A DNA stretch of 63,911 nucleotides from Salpingoeca rosetta (GCA_033442325.1 JAWQFM010000027.1:935047-998957), one strand, 5' to 3'; shown: positions 15,987-33,230, numbered from the stretch's first letter. Program-made: numbers and translations. Notes: generated by a model from the sequence alone, not told the origin.

Positions 15987-17349
15987 ACACACACACACTC
16001 ACACACACACCTCCCTATGGACTGTAGTGACGTGGAGACTGCTCGTCCCCGCAGCGGCGCAACAGCTCAGACGCTCGGAGAAAAGTTGGCAGCACAGGAG
16101 CACACGCGCGAACTCGGCGTGCACAACCATGATGATGATGATGACGACGATGATGATGAGGGAGAGAGCGATGTGGAGGCCCTTGATGCGGACTGGTTGG
16201 ATGAGGCATTTGATGCAGCCAACGTGAAGGATGAATGTGATGCAGACAAGCGTGGTGCCAGCACACCGTCTGCACTGGCAGCAGCAGCAGCAGCGAATAA
16301 GCAAGGGGTGTGTGGCGGGAACAAGAACACCACCACCACCAAACGGTCAAGTGTAGCGTCCAGTGTGACTACGGATGACAGAGGGAATGCAAAACCCAGC
16401 GACGCCATGCGTGCGGGTGGCACTCAACGACATACGCTTCGACAGACCCACCACCACCGCCATGATCACAAGGTTGTTGTTCCGGATTTCTTTGCCAGCA
16501 TCGACACGGACCAATCAGCCATCCTCTCATCAGCAACACCAGATGCCTTTGCAGCATCAAGTGGTGATGGTGATGGTGGACTTGGAGCGGCTGGTGCTGG
16601 CGACACAGACAAGGATGCATCAGCAGCAGCCACAGTGGGAACTGCAACAACAACAGGATCAACAGCAGGCGCAGCGAAGACAGGCGCAGCAAAGACAGGC
16701 GCAGCAAAGACAGCAAACGCAACACGGCAAACGCGTGCACCAGCAGCCCCTCCCGCTGCAGCTGCTGGTATCACCAGACGTGCTGTACAGGCAGGTGTCA
16801 CGTCATCATGGTCGTCTTCGTCTGGCACAACTCACGTGCCAACAGCTGCAGCAACAACAGCTACAACAACAACAGCTACAACAACAACAACAGCTGCGCC
16901 GCGTGTGCGCTGGGATCAACCACTGTTGTCAGCAGCGGCAGCAGCGGTGACAACACCTCGCCCCATGAAGGTCGAGAAGAAACCAGCAACAACTACAACA
17001 GCTGCTGCTGCTGCGACCATCACACGCACACCAGCAGCAGCACCAACAGCAACAGCAGGGAGTGTTGGTGCCGGCCCATCGCTGAAAGGGAGCGTGCTGA
17101 GGTCTGACAGCAGCGATGACGACAGCACCAGCAGTGACAGCAGTGACGATGAGGGTGATGACCAAGACAACGCTGGCGGTCGTCGTGGTCGTGGCGTCAC
17201 AGTCGCGTCGAGAGGCCCCAAACACCGCGGGCGACCAAGACGACGGGTGCAGGGCGATGGTGATGATGGCGATGGAGGTGATGGTGGTGACGGTGTGAAG
17301 CAGCGGAGTGGCAAGGACAGCAAGCGTGGTGCAGCAGGGAAGGCGAACA

Positions 17350-17389
<40 letters not shown>

Positions 17390-17807
17390 CTTGCAAGTGC
17401 AGAGGAAGGGGAGACGTGTTCGCCGGATGAGGGAGAGGGTGCAGCGTGCGCGTGTAGGCGCAATCGTGACGAGCCGAAACCGGGGAAGGGAAAGGCGTGA
17501 TGGTAGTAGTAGTTGTAGTGGTGGTGGTGGTGGTGGTGGTGGTGATGATGATGATGTTGTGGTGGTGCTGGACGACGACGACGACGACGAAGATGATGAG
17601 CAGACCGAGGAGAAGGAGGAGGAGGAGGTTGTCGTGTTGGATGAGGAAGAGGAAGAAGAAGAGGAGGAGGAAGAAGAGGAAGAAGATGCACTGCTGCAGC
17701 AACGGGCATCTCACTTGAGGAACGATCAGAAGTTGCATATGTCGCTGCCAGTGACGCCATCGGCGGAAACACACGAGGAAAGGAATGAGAAGGAACAACA
17801 ACAGCAG

Positions 17808-17852
<45 letters not shown>

Positions 17853-19226
17853 GGCGGGGATGAGGAAACAGACGAACAACTGCAACAAGAGCGACAACAA
17901 CTTCATCAGAGCAAGGCGGTGTCAGGTCATCAACATGAGACAGCAGCAGCAGCAGAAGCCGAGGTGGTGGTGGATACGAGAATGGACACTGCAGGTGATG
18001 TTGTTGATGGTCGCGTCGACACCATCATCCACGACAACAACGATGAGAGTGATGGTGATGGCGATGAAGGTCCGATTGTGTTGCTGGATCAGGAGGATGC
18101 CTTGCCGCTGCCGTCACCAACACCGTCCGTGATGAAGACGACGACAGCTGATGGAACAACGATGGACACGGACGCGGATACACAGACACGTGCACAGGAA
18201 GCGACGCCAACACAACACCACCAACACCAACAGCAGCAACAGCAGCAGCAGCAGCAGCAAGATGAGGAGAAGGAGGAGGAGGAGGAGAAGGAGGAGAGGA
18301 AAGAGGGCGGGGCAGCTGCAAGTGGCGACAGCAGTCGTGGTCGTGGTCGTGGTGGCGATGGTTTGACAGCGGAGCTGATCCCAGGCGTCACCGTGGAGGC
18401 AGCAATGAACAGCAAGGACGCAGCGCAACGGGTACGAACGAAGGAGCGGGGTGGGTTGTATGACAGTGCGTTTTGTAACATGATCTGCAGCAAACACACG
18501 CACACTTTTGCTCACACACACATGCTCACACACTTGCTCACACACACACATGCTCACACACTTGCTCACACACACACATGCTCACACACTTGCTCACACA
18601 CACACTTGCACCCCCCCCCCCCCACACACACACATGCACACACACACATGCACACACACAAACACATACACAACCTCCCGACGGCAGGCCCAGTATGCCT
18701 TGCGTGTGCAGGCGAAGACGCTACAGCGGGCGGCAAAGCGGGCAGCGAGTGCTGTTGGCGACGTGACGACAGACATGATTGTGGATGTGCAGCATCTGCT
18801 GCGGCTGTTTGGCTGCCCTTACGTCATCGCCCCGCAGGAGGCAGAGTCGCAGTGCGCGCAGTTGGAGCAGCAAGGGCTGGTGTCTGGCGTGATCACGGAT
18901 GACAGCGATGTGTTCCTGTTTGGCGGTCGCCGCGTGTACCGCCACGTGTGCTCGCAGAAGAAGGACATGCAGCTGTATCTCGCTGACGACCTTGAGAACC
19001 TTGCTGGCCTGGACCGGTCCTCGCTCATCGACCTTGCCTACCTGCTGGGCAGCGACTACACCCCTGGCGTTGCTGGCATTGGGCCCGTCACCGCCGTCGA
19101 AGTCATCAGCGAATTCCACAACGCAGACAGCACCTTGCACGACTTTAGGGTGCGTGAATGTGTTGTTGTATGTGTTGGGGGAGGGTGGGAAAGGGGAGGG
19201 AAAGGGGAGGGGAGAGGAGGTTGTGC

Positions 19227-19310
<84 letters not shown>

Positions 19311-21540
19311 CATCCTGTACTCATTTTCCTTCGTGTCGTTGCACGCACTCCTTCTGGCATATACATCTGCCATACACTCCACCTCTCCTTCCTACAACAC
19401 CTTACTCACCCCCACTGTTTCCCGTCCCAACCCCCCCCCCCCAACACCTGCACGTGACTGCCACAACAAAACCCATGACCAGGACTGGGTGCTCAATCCC
19501 GATGCGCCGCGCGTCGGTGTGCGCAGCATCGACCGCCTCCGCAACACCATCGCCCTGCACCCTGCCTTCCCCAACCCGCTGGTTCGCCGTGCGTACCTCG
19601 CCCCTGTTGTCGACGCGGACGACCAGCCGTTCACGTGGGCAAGCATTGATCTCGATGGGCTGCGCCGGTTTGTGGCGGAGAAGCTCGGCTGGGAGCGGCA
19701 CAGGGCTGACGACTACATTCTGCCGCTTGTGCAGCCCGCTCGCGATGCGCGCATGCACCAGACGTCCATTCTCCACTTCTTCGATCGCCTCCCCAGCAAG
19801 CGCGAGCCGAATCAGGGCAAGCGGAGCAGTGCTGGTCAGCGTGCTGGTGGCCGTGGTGGTGGCCAAGCGTCTGCCTCATCATCGTCACTGTTATCATCAC
19901 CATCATCACAGCAGCAGCAGCAGCAGCAGCGTGGTGGCAGCGGTGATGGGTTTCTGCCCTTCTTCAAGAGCAATCGGTTGCGTGCATCACTGCACAAGCT
20001 GATGAAGAAGCAAGGCATGGCCATTCCCCAGGAAACGGACACACCGACACCGGCACAACTGCGGTCCAAGCGAGCAGCAACAGCAGCAGGGAAGAAGGGC
20101 AAGGAAAGGGGACAGTCTGGTGCCGCTGCCAACAGGAACAGGACCAGCAACGACAACAGCAACAGCACCAACGATGACAACAATGACAGCAGCAGCAGCA
20201 GCGGAGAAAGTGGTGGTGCGAGACGCCCGCGGTCTGCGTTTGAGTTGTACTGTGATCGAAACCGGGAGGATGTGGCGCACCGATTCCGGCTGCGGAACAA
20301 GAAGCATTTGCAGGCGAAGCTGGCGAACATGTGGCAGGCGCTCGGGACAGAGGAGCGGGTGGCGTGGATTGACGAGGCGGCCGCACTCAAGCGGGCGTGG
20401 GAGGAGAAGATGAAGAGCGCGGGGGTACATGGTGCCAGCGGTGGTGGTGATGGGGGAGATGTTGCCAATGGGTTTATGGTGCCGCCATCTGCTGAGGTGC
20501 AGTACAAGAAGCGTGGAGAGGGTGGGAAGCGGAAGAAGAAGAAGAAGAAGGGCAACGGGTTTCTGGCGTGGTTGGAGGCGAACAAGGCAGAGCTGAAGCG
20601 AAAACACGCTGGCATGCCGCTACACAAACTGCTGGCGGTGGCGAAGACGCAGTGGAACAACCTCTCCGATGCAGACAAGGCGCAGTGGGCAGAGGATGGT
20701 GATGGTGAAGGTAGTGGTGGTGACGGTAGCGATGTGGCGTCTGCATCTTCTTCCACCACGAGTGGCGATGGTGGTGAGCCGAGTGCTAAGCGCGCGAAGC
20801 GGCAAGAGACGGATGGTGACATTGACCGCACCCTCGAGTCGTTTGTGACACCACCATCAATATCGACATCATCGTCGTCATCATCATCATCATCATCACC
20901 GTCATCGCTGCCGCCGTTTGTGGTGTCTGTGAACCGCAGCCCCGTGCTGATCTTGTGGGTGGCGGTGGTTGCGCGGCTGCAAGGTCACACGTGGTGCACG
21001 GGCCTGACGCTTGGGCGGGCGCTGGCTGATGCGTTTGCTGCGGCCAAAGGCGCTCGTCTCGGTATCGCCACACATGGACCGGCACCATCATCATCATCAT
21101 CATCATCAATGCAATCGCTCACATCATCATTCGCATCATCATCATCATCACGTGCGTCGTCGTCGTCGTTGTCGTCTGTGACGTCCATTCGGGTGCTTGG
21201 GCGGGATGTGGAGGTGGAGCAGACGCCGCTTGGCGTGCGTGCGCGGTCGAGAGGGCGCGTGGTGTCGCCGCTCGTGGTGATGGCGCACCTGCGACGCAGC
21301 TTCAAGCAGCAGCTGCAGGTGGTGTGCCGCTGGCTGTGGCTGCTGGGGCAGGCTGCGCCCAACCCCATGTGGCTGGACACGCACGCATATGGGATGTACA
21401 CGCGGATCCGGCCGCAGGTTGGGGAGGCGGCGTCAGGCTGGGGCAGGGCGGGCGAGTTTACGTCGCGCGCTTGTGCAGAGGAGATGAAGTACGTGGCAGA
21501 TCTCGTCAAGCTCCAACAACAACAACAGCACACGGACTGA
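14229..21540 (+). CDS. ERCC5: XPG/ERCC5/Rad2 nucleotide-excision-repair endonuclease with extra C-terminal 2x HMG box and an uncharacterised domain; 6 exons
   Basis: Exons 14229-14492, 14875-14961, 15186-15853, 16029-18431, 18688-19149, 19483-21540. XPG-N MGVKGLW...LAVDASIW...KPVFVFDG; long acidic spacer; XPG-I APQEAESQCA...ITDDSDVFLFG...LLGSDYTPGVAGIGPVTA; PIP box QTSILHFF. Confidence 0.93.
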
Positions 21541-21881
21541 TGTCGTGCGTGCATGCATGCATGTGTGCGTGCGTATTGATTCTTTTGTTGGGTTTGCGAG
21601 TTGCTAGTTTTTTTCGTGTTGATATCGTCGATGATGGCATGAGCAGCATACATGTTTATTGCTCCTTTGGAGAGAGGCGTAAGGTTTTGGTCATTGAGCG
21701 CTTGTGAACGCACGCGCTTGTTCGGAACATCACACAAAAAAGGAAAGCAAGCAGAAGAGACAAAAGAAAACAAGAGTGCGGTTGGACACAAGAGTACGGA
21801 CACATGGACTATGCACACAAAACACAAAAGGCAACACACGCAACACACACACATACACAATCACAAACACACCACACCGCC

Positions 21882-24709
21882 TCACTTGCGCTGCTGCTGC
21901 TGCTTGCCCTGGTCAATGCCAATGAGACCAGATGCGGCGTTGAAGAGGTTGATCGGGGAGGAGCCATCTGTGATGAGCGTGGAGGAGATGCCCAGGCCGC
22001 CCAGCAGCTTGGCCTGCATCTCGGGCCCAGCACGTGCCATTTCGCACAGCGCCTGCGGGGTGATGGCCGACACCATCTTCTGGAACTTCTCAATCTCCAG
22101 CTCGTTCATGCGCTGCTGCTTCTCCAGCTCCAGGTCGTTCTGCTTGCGGATAAAGTCGAGCTCCGCCTCGCGCGCCTTCTGCAGGCGGTCCAAATCGCCC
22201 TCGCTCTCAATGTTCATTGCCTCAGACTTGAGCCGGGCCTGGTCCACGGCTGCCTCGCCCTCGATGCGCGCGGCCTCTGCACGCGACTGCGCCTCGGCCT
22301 TGGCCTGACCGGTGCTCTCCACAGCTGCGCTCTGCGCCTGCAGCTCCAGCAGCGACTTCTTCGCCTCCTCTGCGGCGGCCTCGTCCTCAATCTTCTGCCG
22401 CTCCAGCGCGCCCTTGGCCGCCTGCTCGCGCCGCTCGGCCTCGTGCCGGGCAGTGGCCTCCTGTGACGCCGTTGTAATCTCAATCGCAAGCTGCACAGAC
22501 TTCTGCAGCGCGTCACGCGTGCGCTGGTCCACGGGCTCTGCCGACTGAATGTCGATGTTGGTGATGCTCAGGCCGTTGGCCGGAAACACAAACCGCTGCC
22601 GCACGCGCTTCTGGTCGTCTGTGCCAAACACCGACGCGCGGATGATGCGGGCCGAGTTCTTGTGGAAGTCGTCAAACTGCACCTGGGCCACGGCGCCGCG
22701 GATGCGCGAGGCCACGGCCTTGCACATGTCGCCGACAAAGTCCGGCACGGCAAACAGGCGCGCGGCGTCCTCGGCGCTGGTCTTGTCCACCTCAAACTCC
22801 CAGTTGTACGACACCTGCAGGTGCAGGCGCGCGTGGTCGGCCGTCTCAATCTGCACAATGTCCGTGCAAAAGTCTGGGCCCAGCAGGAGGCAGAGCGAGC
22901 GAATCTGGTTTGGCCGCTTGGGCTTGCCGCCAGAGAGGCTGATGACGGTAAACTGCTCGTCGGGCCCCAGCATGACCAGGTCTGGGCCAAAGGACACGCG
23001 CGCCTGCTTCTCCTTGTAGTCGTACACCTGCACGGCGGCGTTGTGCGGCACGCGGAAGGAGATGACGCGCGTCTTGTCGCGTGGGCCCGCGGGGGCGCCC
23101 CCGGCCTTGCGGGAGCTGCGGTCGGCGAGCGGGTCGCGCTGGCTGGCAAGCAGCTCCTCCACGTTCTGGGGCAGCTCCTTGTGGTAGAGCTCCTCGTCCT
23201 GCGTCAGCATGTACGTCTGCCCAATGACGGCGCGCACCTTACCCGTCTTGGTGTCGCGCACGTAGATGCCCTCGTTGTCGTCGAGCGGGATGGCCTCGCG
23301 CTTCTGCACCACCTCCACCTGCACAGGCGGGACGTACTCTGCGGGGCCGCGGATCATCCAGCGGTCGCCAGGCAGCCGCTGCACCTCCTTGCCCTCGTAC
23401 GTGTCCGTGAAGGTCTCTGTGGAGCGGAGGATGAGGCCCTCGTCCTCGCCCAGGATGTACACGTCCTGCACGCCGGCCTCGAGCATCTCGCCCGGCTGCA
23501 GGAAGAACGAGTTGGGCCCCTTGACCAGCTTCTTGGAGCCCAGCTGCTGGCGGCCGTGGGCGTCGACCGGGTTGAGGATGACGGCGTACTGGCGGTTGGA
23601 GAGGGTGGTGATGTCCACGTCCGCCACCACCTCCTCGTACACGCCCGGGATGTAGCACTCGGCCTCTGTGAGGGTGATGAGCCACTCCTCGCCCGTCTTG
23701 CGCTCCTTGCCAAAGCGGTCCTTGAAGGAGCGGGTGGCGCGCAGGTGCAGCGCGTTCTTGTCCGTGAGCACAAAGCTGTTGACCGTGTCCACGACCTTCT
23801 CGTAGACGCCGGGGAGGTAGGCGCCGACGCGGTCCACCATCCACTCCTCGCCGGTCACGCGCATGTTCCCGTCGCGGTCGCGCGTCTCCTTGAGGGCGCA
23901 CAGGCGCAGGGCCTGGTTGGGCAGCACCACGACGGCGTGCACCAGCTTGACCACCTTCTCCTCCACGCGCGGGATGTAGGTGCCGGGCCCCTCAAAGAGC
24001 CACTCGTCGCCGGCGATGCGGCGGTTGCCGTCGTCGTCGGAAAAGTCGAGGATGGCCTGGATGTGCAGCGCACTGTCTGCGGGCACGACGGTGAGCGGGG
24101 TGACGGGCATGTGCAGCTCCTCGCCAGGGTACAGCGGGAAGGGCTCCGTGGTGCGGCGCACCTCCAGCTCGGAGTGACGCAGCTTGACCTGCTTGGAGAG
24201 CTCGTCCACCACAATCTCGCCCGTGTCGTCGTCGCGCAGCACGGGGTTCTTCACAATGCAGTAGTGGCGCGGAGGGATGGTGATCATCTTCTCCGGCCCA
24301 AGCAGCACCACCTCATTCTCCTGGCGGATAAACGTCACTGGGCCAGTCACAACCTGGTTGGATGTTCGTGGGAGACACAGAGAGAGAGAGGGGGGGGGGT
24401 TGGTTGATGTGTGAGTGAGCGCACGGAGTGGGGTGATAATGTGCAGTCGATGCGGTCGATCAATCGCCTCTCGATCGATGTGCAAAGAAAGAAAGCAAAG
24501 CAAGGCAGACGGAACGCATGCATGCAAGATGGGAAGAAACGCACGTTTCACAAACAAACAAACAAACACAAACACAAATACACACAAACACACACACACA
24601 CACACAAACACACGCTCACCCGCGTGACGTTGCTGGTCTGATCCAGGACATGGAGGTAGTGGAAGGGAGGGACCCGAAAGATGGACACGTCGCCAGCCTT
24701 CTTCGACAT
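21882..24709 (-). CDS. MVP: Major vault protein; 2 exons
   Basis: Exon 1 24709-24620 ([30 protein letters not shown]), exon 2 24353-21882. Vault repeats ([31 protein letters not shown]), shoulder domain ([20 protein letters not shown]), cap helix ([18 protein letters not shown]), C-terminal [10 protein letters not shown]...[12 protein letters not shown]. Confidence 0.97.
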
Positions 24710-25094
24710 GCTTGCGGTTCTGTGTGTGGTTGAGGGTGTTTGAGTGGGTGGAACGTTCACGGATCACGGATCGTGGCTGGAACAAGAACAGAGAGAGATC
24801 GATCGATCGACAGCAGTCGGCAGTGGTGGTCTGGTGAAAATGCAATCAATCGGCGCCCTCAGTCGCCAAGTCAGTCAGTGGTTCTTGTTGTTTGAGGGGG
24901 CGTGTGTGCGTGTAAGGCGTCAAAAATACATACGCGCACAGATTATGCAGAGTCAGCAAAACATGTGTGGTGGATATGTTGATTTGCTGCGTGTTCAAGC
25001 ACAAACTTGTGCGAATCGTATACTGTCTGAGTCAGCAGTTTTGGAATACAACTGAATTCAGGTCCCGGTGGTTTGATGAAGGACTGCGCAAACA

Positions 25095-25172
<78 letters not shown>

Positions 25173-25180
25173 GACCTACA

Positions 25181-25238
<58 letters not shown>

Positions 25239-25245
25239 ACACACA

Positions 25246-28086
<2,841 letters not shown>

Positions 28087-28638
28087 GGTTCTTCTGCTTC
28101 CCTTTGTCGCCCAACAAGCTATCAAAATCAAACTAGGTGAGGAGGAGAGGCTGAGAGGATGTGGGGATTGTGCAGTGCTGCAGTGGCGTGCTTGGAGGAG
28201 GAGAACGACTGAATGAGCGAGGTTGCCAAGGTCGTGGATTGACGAAAACCTGTGCGTAACGTCAACAGTTTTCATGTCTGTGTCGTGTGTTCGGTTCAGA
28301 CAATGACCTGGCGCACCAACACCCTTATCCTCGTCCTCGCTGTAGCGCTGTGTTGGGCTTGGCTGCGCTGATAGAGCAGGCTTTGTTTCAGTGCTACTGC
28401 GTGCTGTGTCTAGCCTTCTCTTGTGTTCCCTCCCCTGCAGCTCACGAATTCATGTGCACTTGCTCAAAAGTTCAGGAGCACTTCCCCTCATTTGTGACTG
28501 TCTTTCTTCTTGTGATTCTCGATCTCGTCCATTGGTTACAATCAATCGGTTACACAAGCAATCAGCCAACGGCAACATGCGAACTAAGAGCAACCAATCC
28601 TACGCATGACGCGAGGTGAACACCAAGGAAGAAGTGGC

Positions 28639-28722
<84 letters not shown>
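28639..28722. repeat. (CAA)n trinucleotide tract just 3' of the CCDC28-like stop codon
   Basis: Direct reading. Confidence 0.95.
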
Positions 28723-28746
28723 GCATTGCCCGCAACCAAGTCATCG

Positions 28747-30880
28747 TCACACGTCCACCTCGTTATCGTCGTCGTTGTGGTGGCCATCGAAGAAGAAGCT
28801 TGACTTGCGCCTTGAAGCCGTGGCAGCGGTGCTTGCAGGCACATTCCTGGCTGCTCGTGCACGCGCTGTGCTTCTCCTGCCTGCTCGTGGCCTGCCTCGC
28901 TCACCGCCACCATTACCATCTTCACCATCACCATCATCACCGTGATAAGCATCAGCAGCACCATCATCACGCCTCACGCGCCGCCCGTGAGCAACGCGGC
29001 CACTGCTGTCACCATCAACACCACCGCCGCCATCACCCACAGCTGCATACGGCCCGGCGTAAGCGCTGTCCTCGGCAGGGCCGTCATTGTCGTAACCGCC
29101 GGCGTCGCCGAGATGGCTCAGCCCGCTCGTGTTGTTGTCCAGCCGTGAGGAGTGCGCGTCGCTGCTGAACGCAATTGAGTCGTTCAAGCTGTCGTCGTTC
29201 CCATCGCCCTCCTCCCCCTCCTCCCCAACCGTGCTCATGCGTGCACGGTGCAAGCCACCACCGCCACCAACACCACCATGGCCAGCATCGTCATAGTCGT
29301 CATCATCAAGGCCGCCGTCATCGCTCACAAACACGGTGTTCCGGCCCGTCCCTATGCTCTCCCGCACCCCTCGGATCCCACTCGCCCTCGCCGAGGGCAG
29401 CGGCGCTCGTCGTGGCGCCGCTGTTCGTGCTGGCACCGCCGTGCCGTTGCCGTGGGCCCTGCGCAGACGAACAGCGTTCACCGCATCGTCCCCTGCAGGT
29501 GCCGGTCTTATCTGCCACGACCCCAACCCTTGCTCACCATCGCCATCATCGTCGTCGTCGTGATCGTCGTCACCAGCATCGGAGCTGATGCGCTGTGCAT
29601 GCGCACGTGCGCGATCGCGCCAGCTGGCACCATGCCCAGCACCGCCACCCACGCCACCCGCGCTGCGCACTGGTGTGGAGGACTGAGATGCGTCTGCGCC
29701 AAAGCCGCGCGCACGCCAGCGCCGACTCGCTCCAAAGTCCGCAAGCAACGCATCCACCTCGCTGCTGACAACATCCACACCATCGCGGCCTGCGCTCGGC
29801 AGCCTTGCTCCACCTCGCCCCTCACGCAGGCCCTCCTGCGGCAGGCGGCGTGCACGTCTCACAACACCACCACGGTCGTCACGGTCATCGTCACGATCAT
29901 TGCCACGGCTGTCCACGACACCAGGGTACCCTGCGGAATCACGCTGCGGTTCAGGCCGGTGTTGTTGTTGCCGTTGTTGTGGTTGTGGAACGAACGGCAG
30001 CCTCTCCCCCTGCTCATATGCATCACCTGCATCATAATCAAGGCCATTGGCGTTCGGGTATGGCATGTCTTTCCTCTCCTCCCGAGGTGCACGTGTATAC
30101 GGACCAGCCCCAGTTCTCCTCCTCTCCGGCTGCCTTTCTTGTTGCTGTTGCTGCTGTTGCTGCTGTTGCCGTCGCTGTGCTCGCGGTGACGGTCGTTGTT
30201 GGTATTGGGCAGTGCCGTCACGCTGTGTTCGTGCGCGTGTGCGTGGGGCAGCTGCGTCTGTTACCGCCACCTGCCGCTGTTGTCGCTGTTGTCGCTGCTG
30301 CAGCTGTCGTGTGCGTTCATTGCGCAATTGTCGCAGTCGGTCCAAGTCCTCACCATCGCCTTCGTTGCCCCAGCCACGTCCGCTCACCTCCATACCCCCA
30401 CCATGGTCACCGTCACCACCACCACCACCACCACTACCGTCACTGCTGCCCTCCTCAGCAAACTCGTTGCCATCTGCCACCCTCATCTCCAGTTCACGCA
30501 GCGTCGTGGGCACTGCAACGTCGCGACTGTAATTGTTCCGCCGGCGCTGCTGTTGCTGCTGGCGACGTCTGTTGGAGCGCCCTGTTGCTGTTGTTGCTGT
30601 TGTTGCTGCTGCTGTGTTTGCGGTGACGTGGTAGTGGCGACTGGGACGGGTGAACATATCCATGAACGTGCTGTCGTCCTGGCTGTGGCTAACCATGCTT
30701 GAGAACTGGTGCAGCGGGTGGTGCTGCTCCGAGCCCGCTTGTGTGTCTGACGGCAGCGGCGCCAGGCTGTCGAGCTGATTCGACAGCTCCTGCAGAGACT
30801 CAAACACACCCTGGCTCGAGGTGGGAGGCAGAAGGAGGGGGGGGGGGGGGGAGAACAGGGTGTTAGGGGGAAGCGTGTGC

Positions 30881-30972
<92 letters not shown>

Positions 30973-31601
30973 AATGGAAGGAGAGGCGAGGAGCGGGCAC
31001 GTAGTGGGCTATATTGCGATGTGTCGTCGCTGGTGGTTGTGGTGCTGGTCGTGGTTGTGATGAACGCACCTTTTTATGCATGTTGATGGCGTCTGTGAAC
31101 GCTCCGAAATTGGACAGCTGTGAATGGCAAAGTCGGAACATAAGGGGGAGGGGAACAGGAAGGGTCGGGGATGAGCGATTCCGTCACATGTGTATGTGTG
31201 TGTGTGTGTGTGTGTGTATGTGTGCGGTACAACCACAGCAGTCTCACGCAGCAATTCAAATACAGTGCCTTCTATCGCATTTGGCTGCGCACCGGGGTGT
31301 CGTCGGTGGCGCCGTTGTCCGATGCAGCCATTCTGAGTCACGTGGAGTGGTGGGATTGCAGTGACAGGGATATGGGAACATGGGGGTGAGAGGTGGGGGA
31401 AGGACAATGGAAAAGTGGAACACCACAGCAACACACAAACACACACATACACACACAGAGAGACACACAGACACACACAGAGAGACACACAGACACACAG
31501 ATAGACAGAGACATGCACAGGCACACACACAGGCACACACACACACACAGACACACAAACACACACACACACACAGACACACAGAGAGACAGACAGACAA
31601 A

Positions 31602-31642
<41 letters not shown>

Positions 31643-32199
31643 AGCCCCGTACCTGTTTGCGGCAATGGTGTCCTCGAGGTTCCAAAAGTGCTGAGTCAGC
31701 TGATCTTGGCTGCGCTTGAGCTGATCGAAGCGGTTGAAGATGGCGACGGTGTTGCTGCCTACGAGAGGAGGCGAGGGAGCAACAACACGCAGCACACAAA
31801 CAAGCAGTGTGTGATTTCAAAAGTAGAAAGACTTATGGTCGCATCACAACACTGTGAGGCATTGTGCAACGCTGCGAATAGATTCCCGAACACGTGTCGC
31901 AAATACACAGCAGTTAAGGCACACAAACAGACAGAAGGGCACAGGGTTACGTACGCACATACACAAAGAAAGTACACGCACACACACACACACACGTACC
32001 GAAAGCGAGCATGTCTTCCTTTGCGAATCCGCGATTGAGAGCGAGGAGCTCTGCTTGCATCTTGCGCGCCTGGTGGCAGGTAAGGCAACGCGAATCGGTG
32101 TGACAGCAAGCATGTGTTCGGCGGGGGAGGGAGGAAGTAGTGGTGGCAATGGTTGTGGTTGTGATGGGTAAGGATCGTCAACAGCCAAGATTGTCATAA

Positions 32200-32232
<33 letters not shown>

Positions 32233-32639
32233 CGCACCTGTTCTTCGAGGGTGTGTTGTTCGTGTCGTTTGAGAGATGTTGCCTGGCGGTCATCAGCTGA
32301 TAAACGGTTACACAACATGTCATGAGTTTGTAGTCGTCACACAAAAGCGCAACACAACAACCTCACCGTGACCAGTTCAAGACACACACACACACACACA
32401 TACGTACATACATATACAGCCGCACACCACACACCGCTTCTGTTCATTGAGTCGTCGAGCTGGTCGTTGTCACTTTCATCTTGTTGCTCTAGGCTGTCGC
32501 TGTGATCAAGCGATCGAGTGCTGCAAACGAAGCACAGGCACAGTGGTGGATGTGGTGGATGAGTACGGGGTACAGGGGGTTACAAAGTCGACGTTGGTGA
32601 CATCAATCAACAGTACTCCACACACACACACACACACAC

Positions 32640-32719
<80 letters not shown>

Positions 32720-33190
32720 ACGGGAGAGAGTTGGTGGCCTTGATGGAAGCAATTTGGGGCTGCGTTCGCTTGGTGTGCACGGATTGGGAGTTGCCAACGG
32801 CACCACCCCTTCGTTGGCCATTCTCGTGAGCCGCGTGCGCATCCCTCTGGTCACTCTTGCCCGTATCATTGCCGTCTGCTCGCGCTGCATCGCTGGACCG
32901 TCGCCGCTCCACCACCGGGCTGCCGTCCTGTGCCGCAAAGATAGCGGGCTGCTGGCGCTTTAAATCGCCCATCCTACAATACCGATGCGCAACAAGAGCA
33001 GGTGCACAACTGAGCGGAAGCAGAGAGGGATGCGGGAGACGACAGGGGATGCGGTGGATGTGGTGGATGTGGTGGATGTGGCGGGGATATGTTCACAGCA
33101 AACACACACACACACACACACTCACAGACACAGACACACACACACACACACACACACACACGACACACACACACAGACACACACACACAC

Positions 33191-33230
<40 letters not shown>

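Noticed and set aside
22662-24407. 581-aa plus-strand ORF antisense to MVP (likewise 34047-35456, 25492-26637, 29248-30189)
   Set aside because: Shadow ORFs caused by strong G/C-ending codon bias or low complexity on the coding strand; no recognisable motifs.
24710-25245. Possible vault RNA or other Pol III gene next to MVP
   Set aside because: No convincing A-box/B-box pair with a poly-T terminator seen by eye; a covariance search would be needed.
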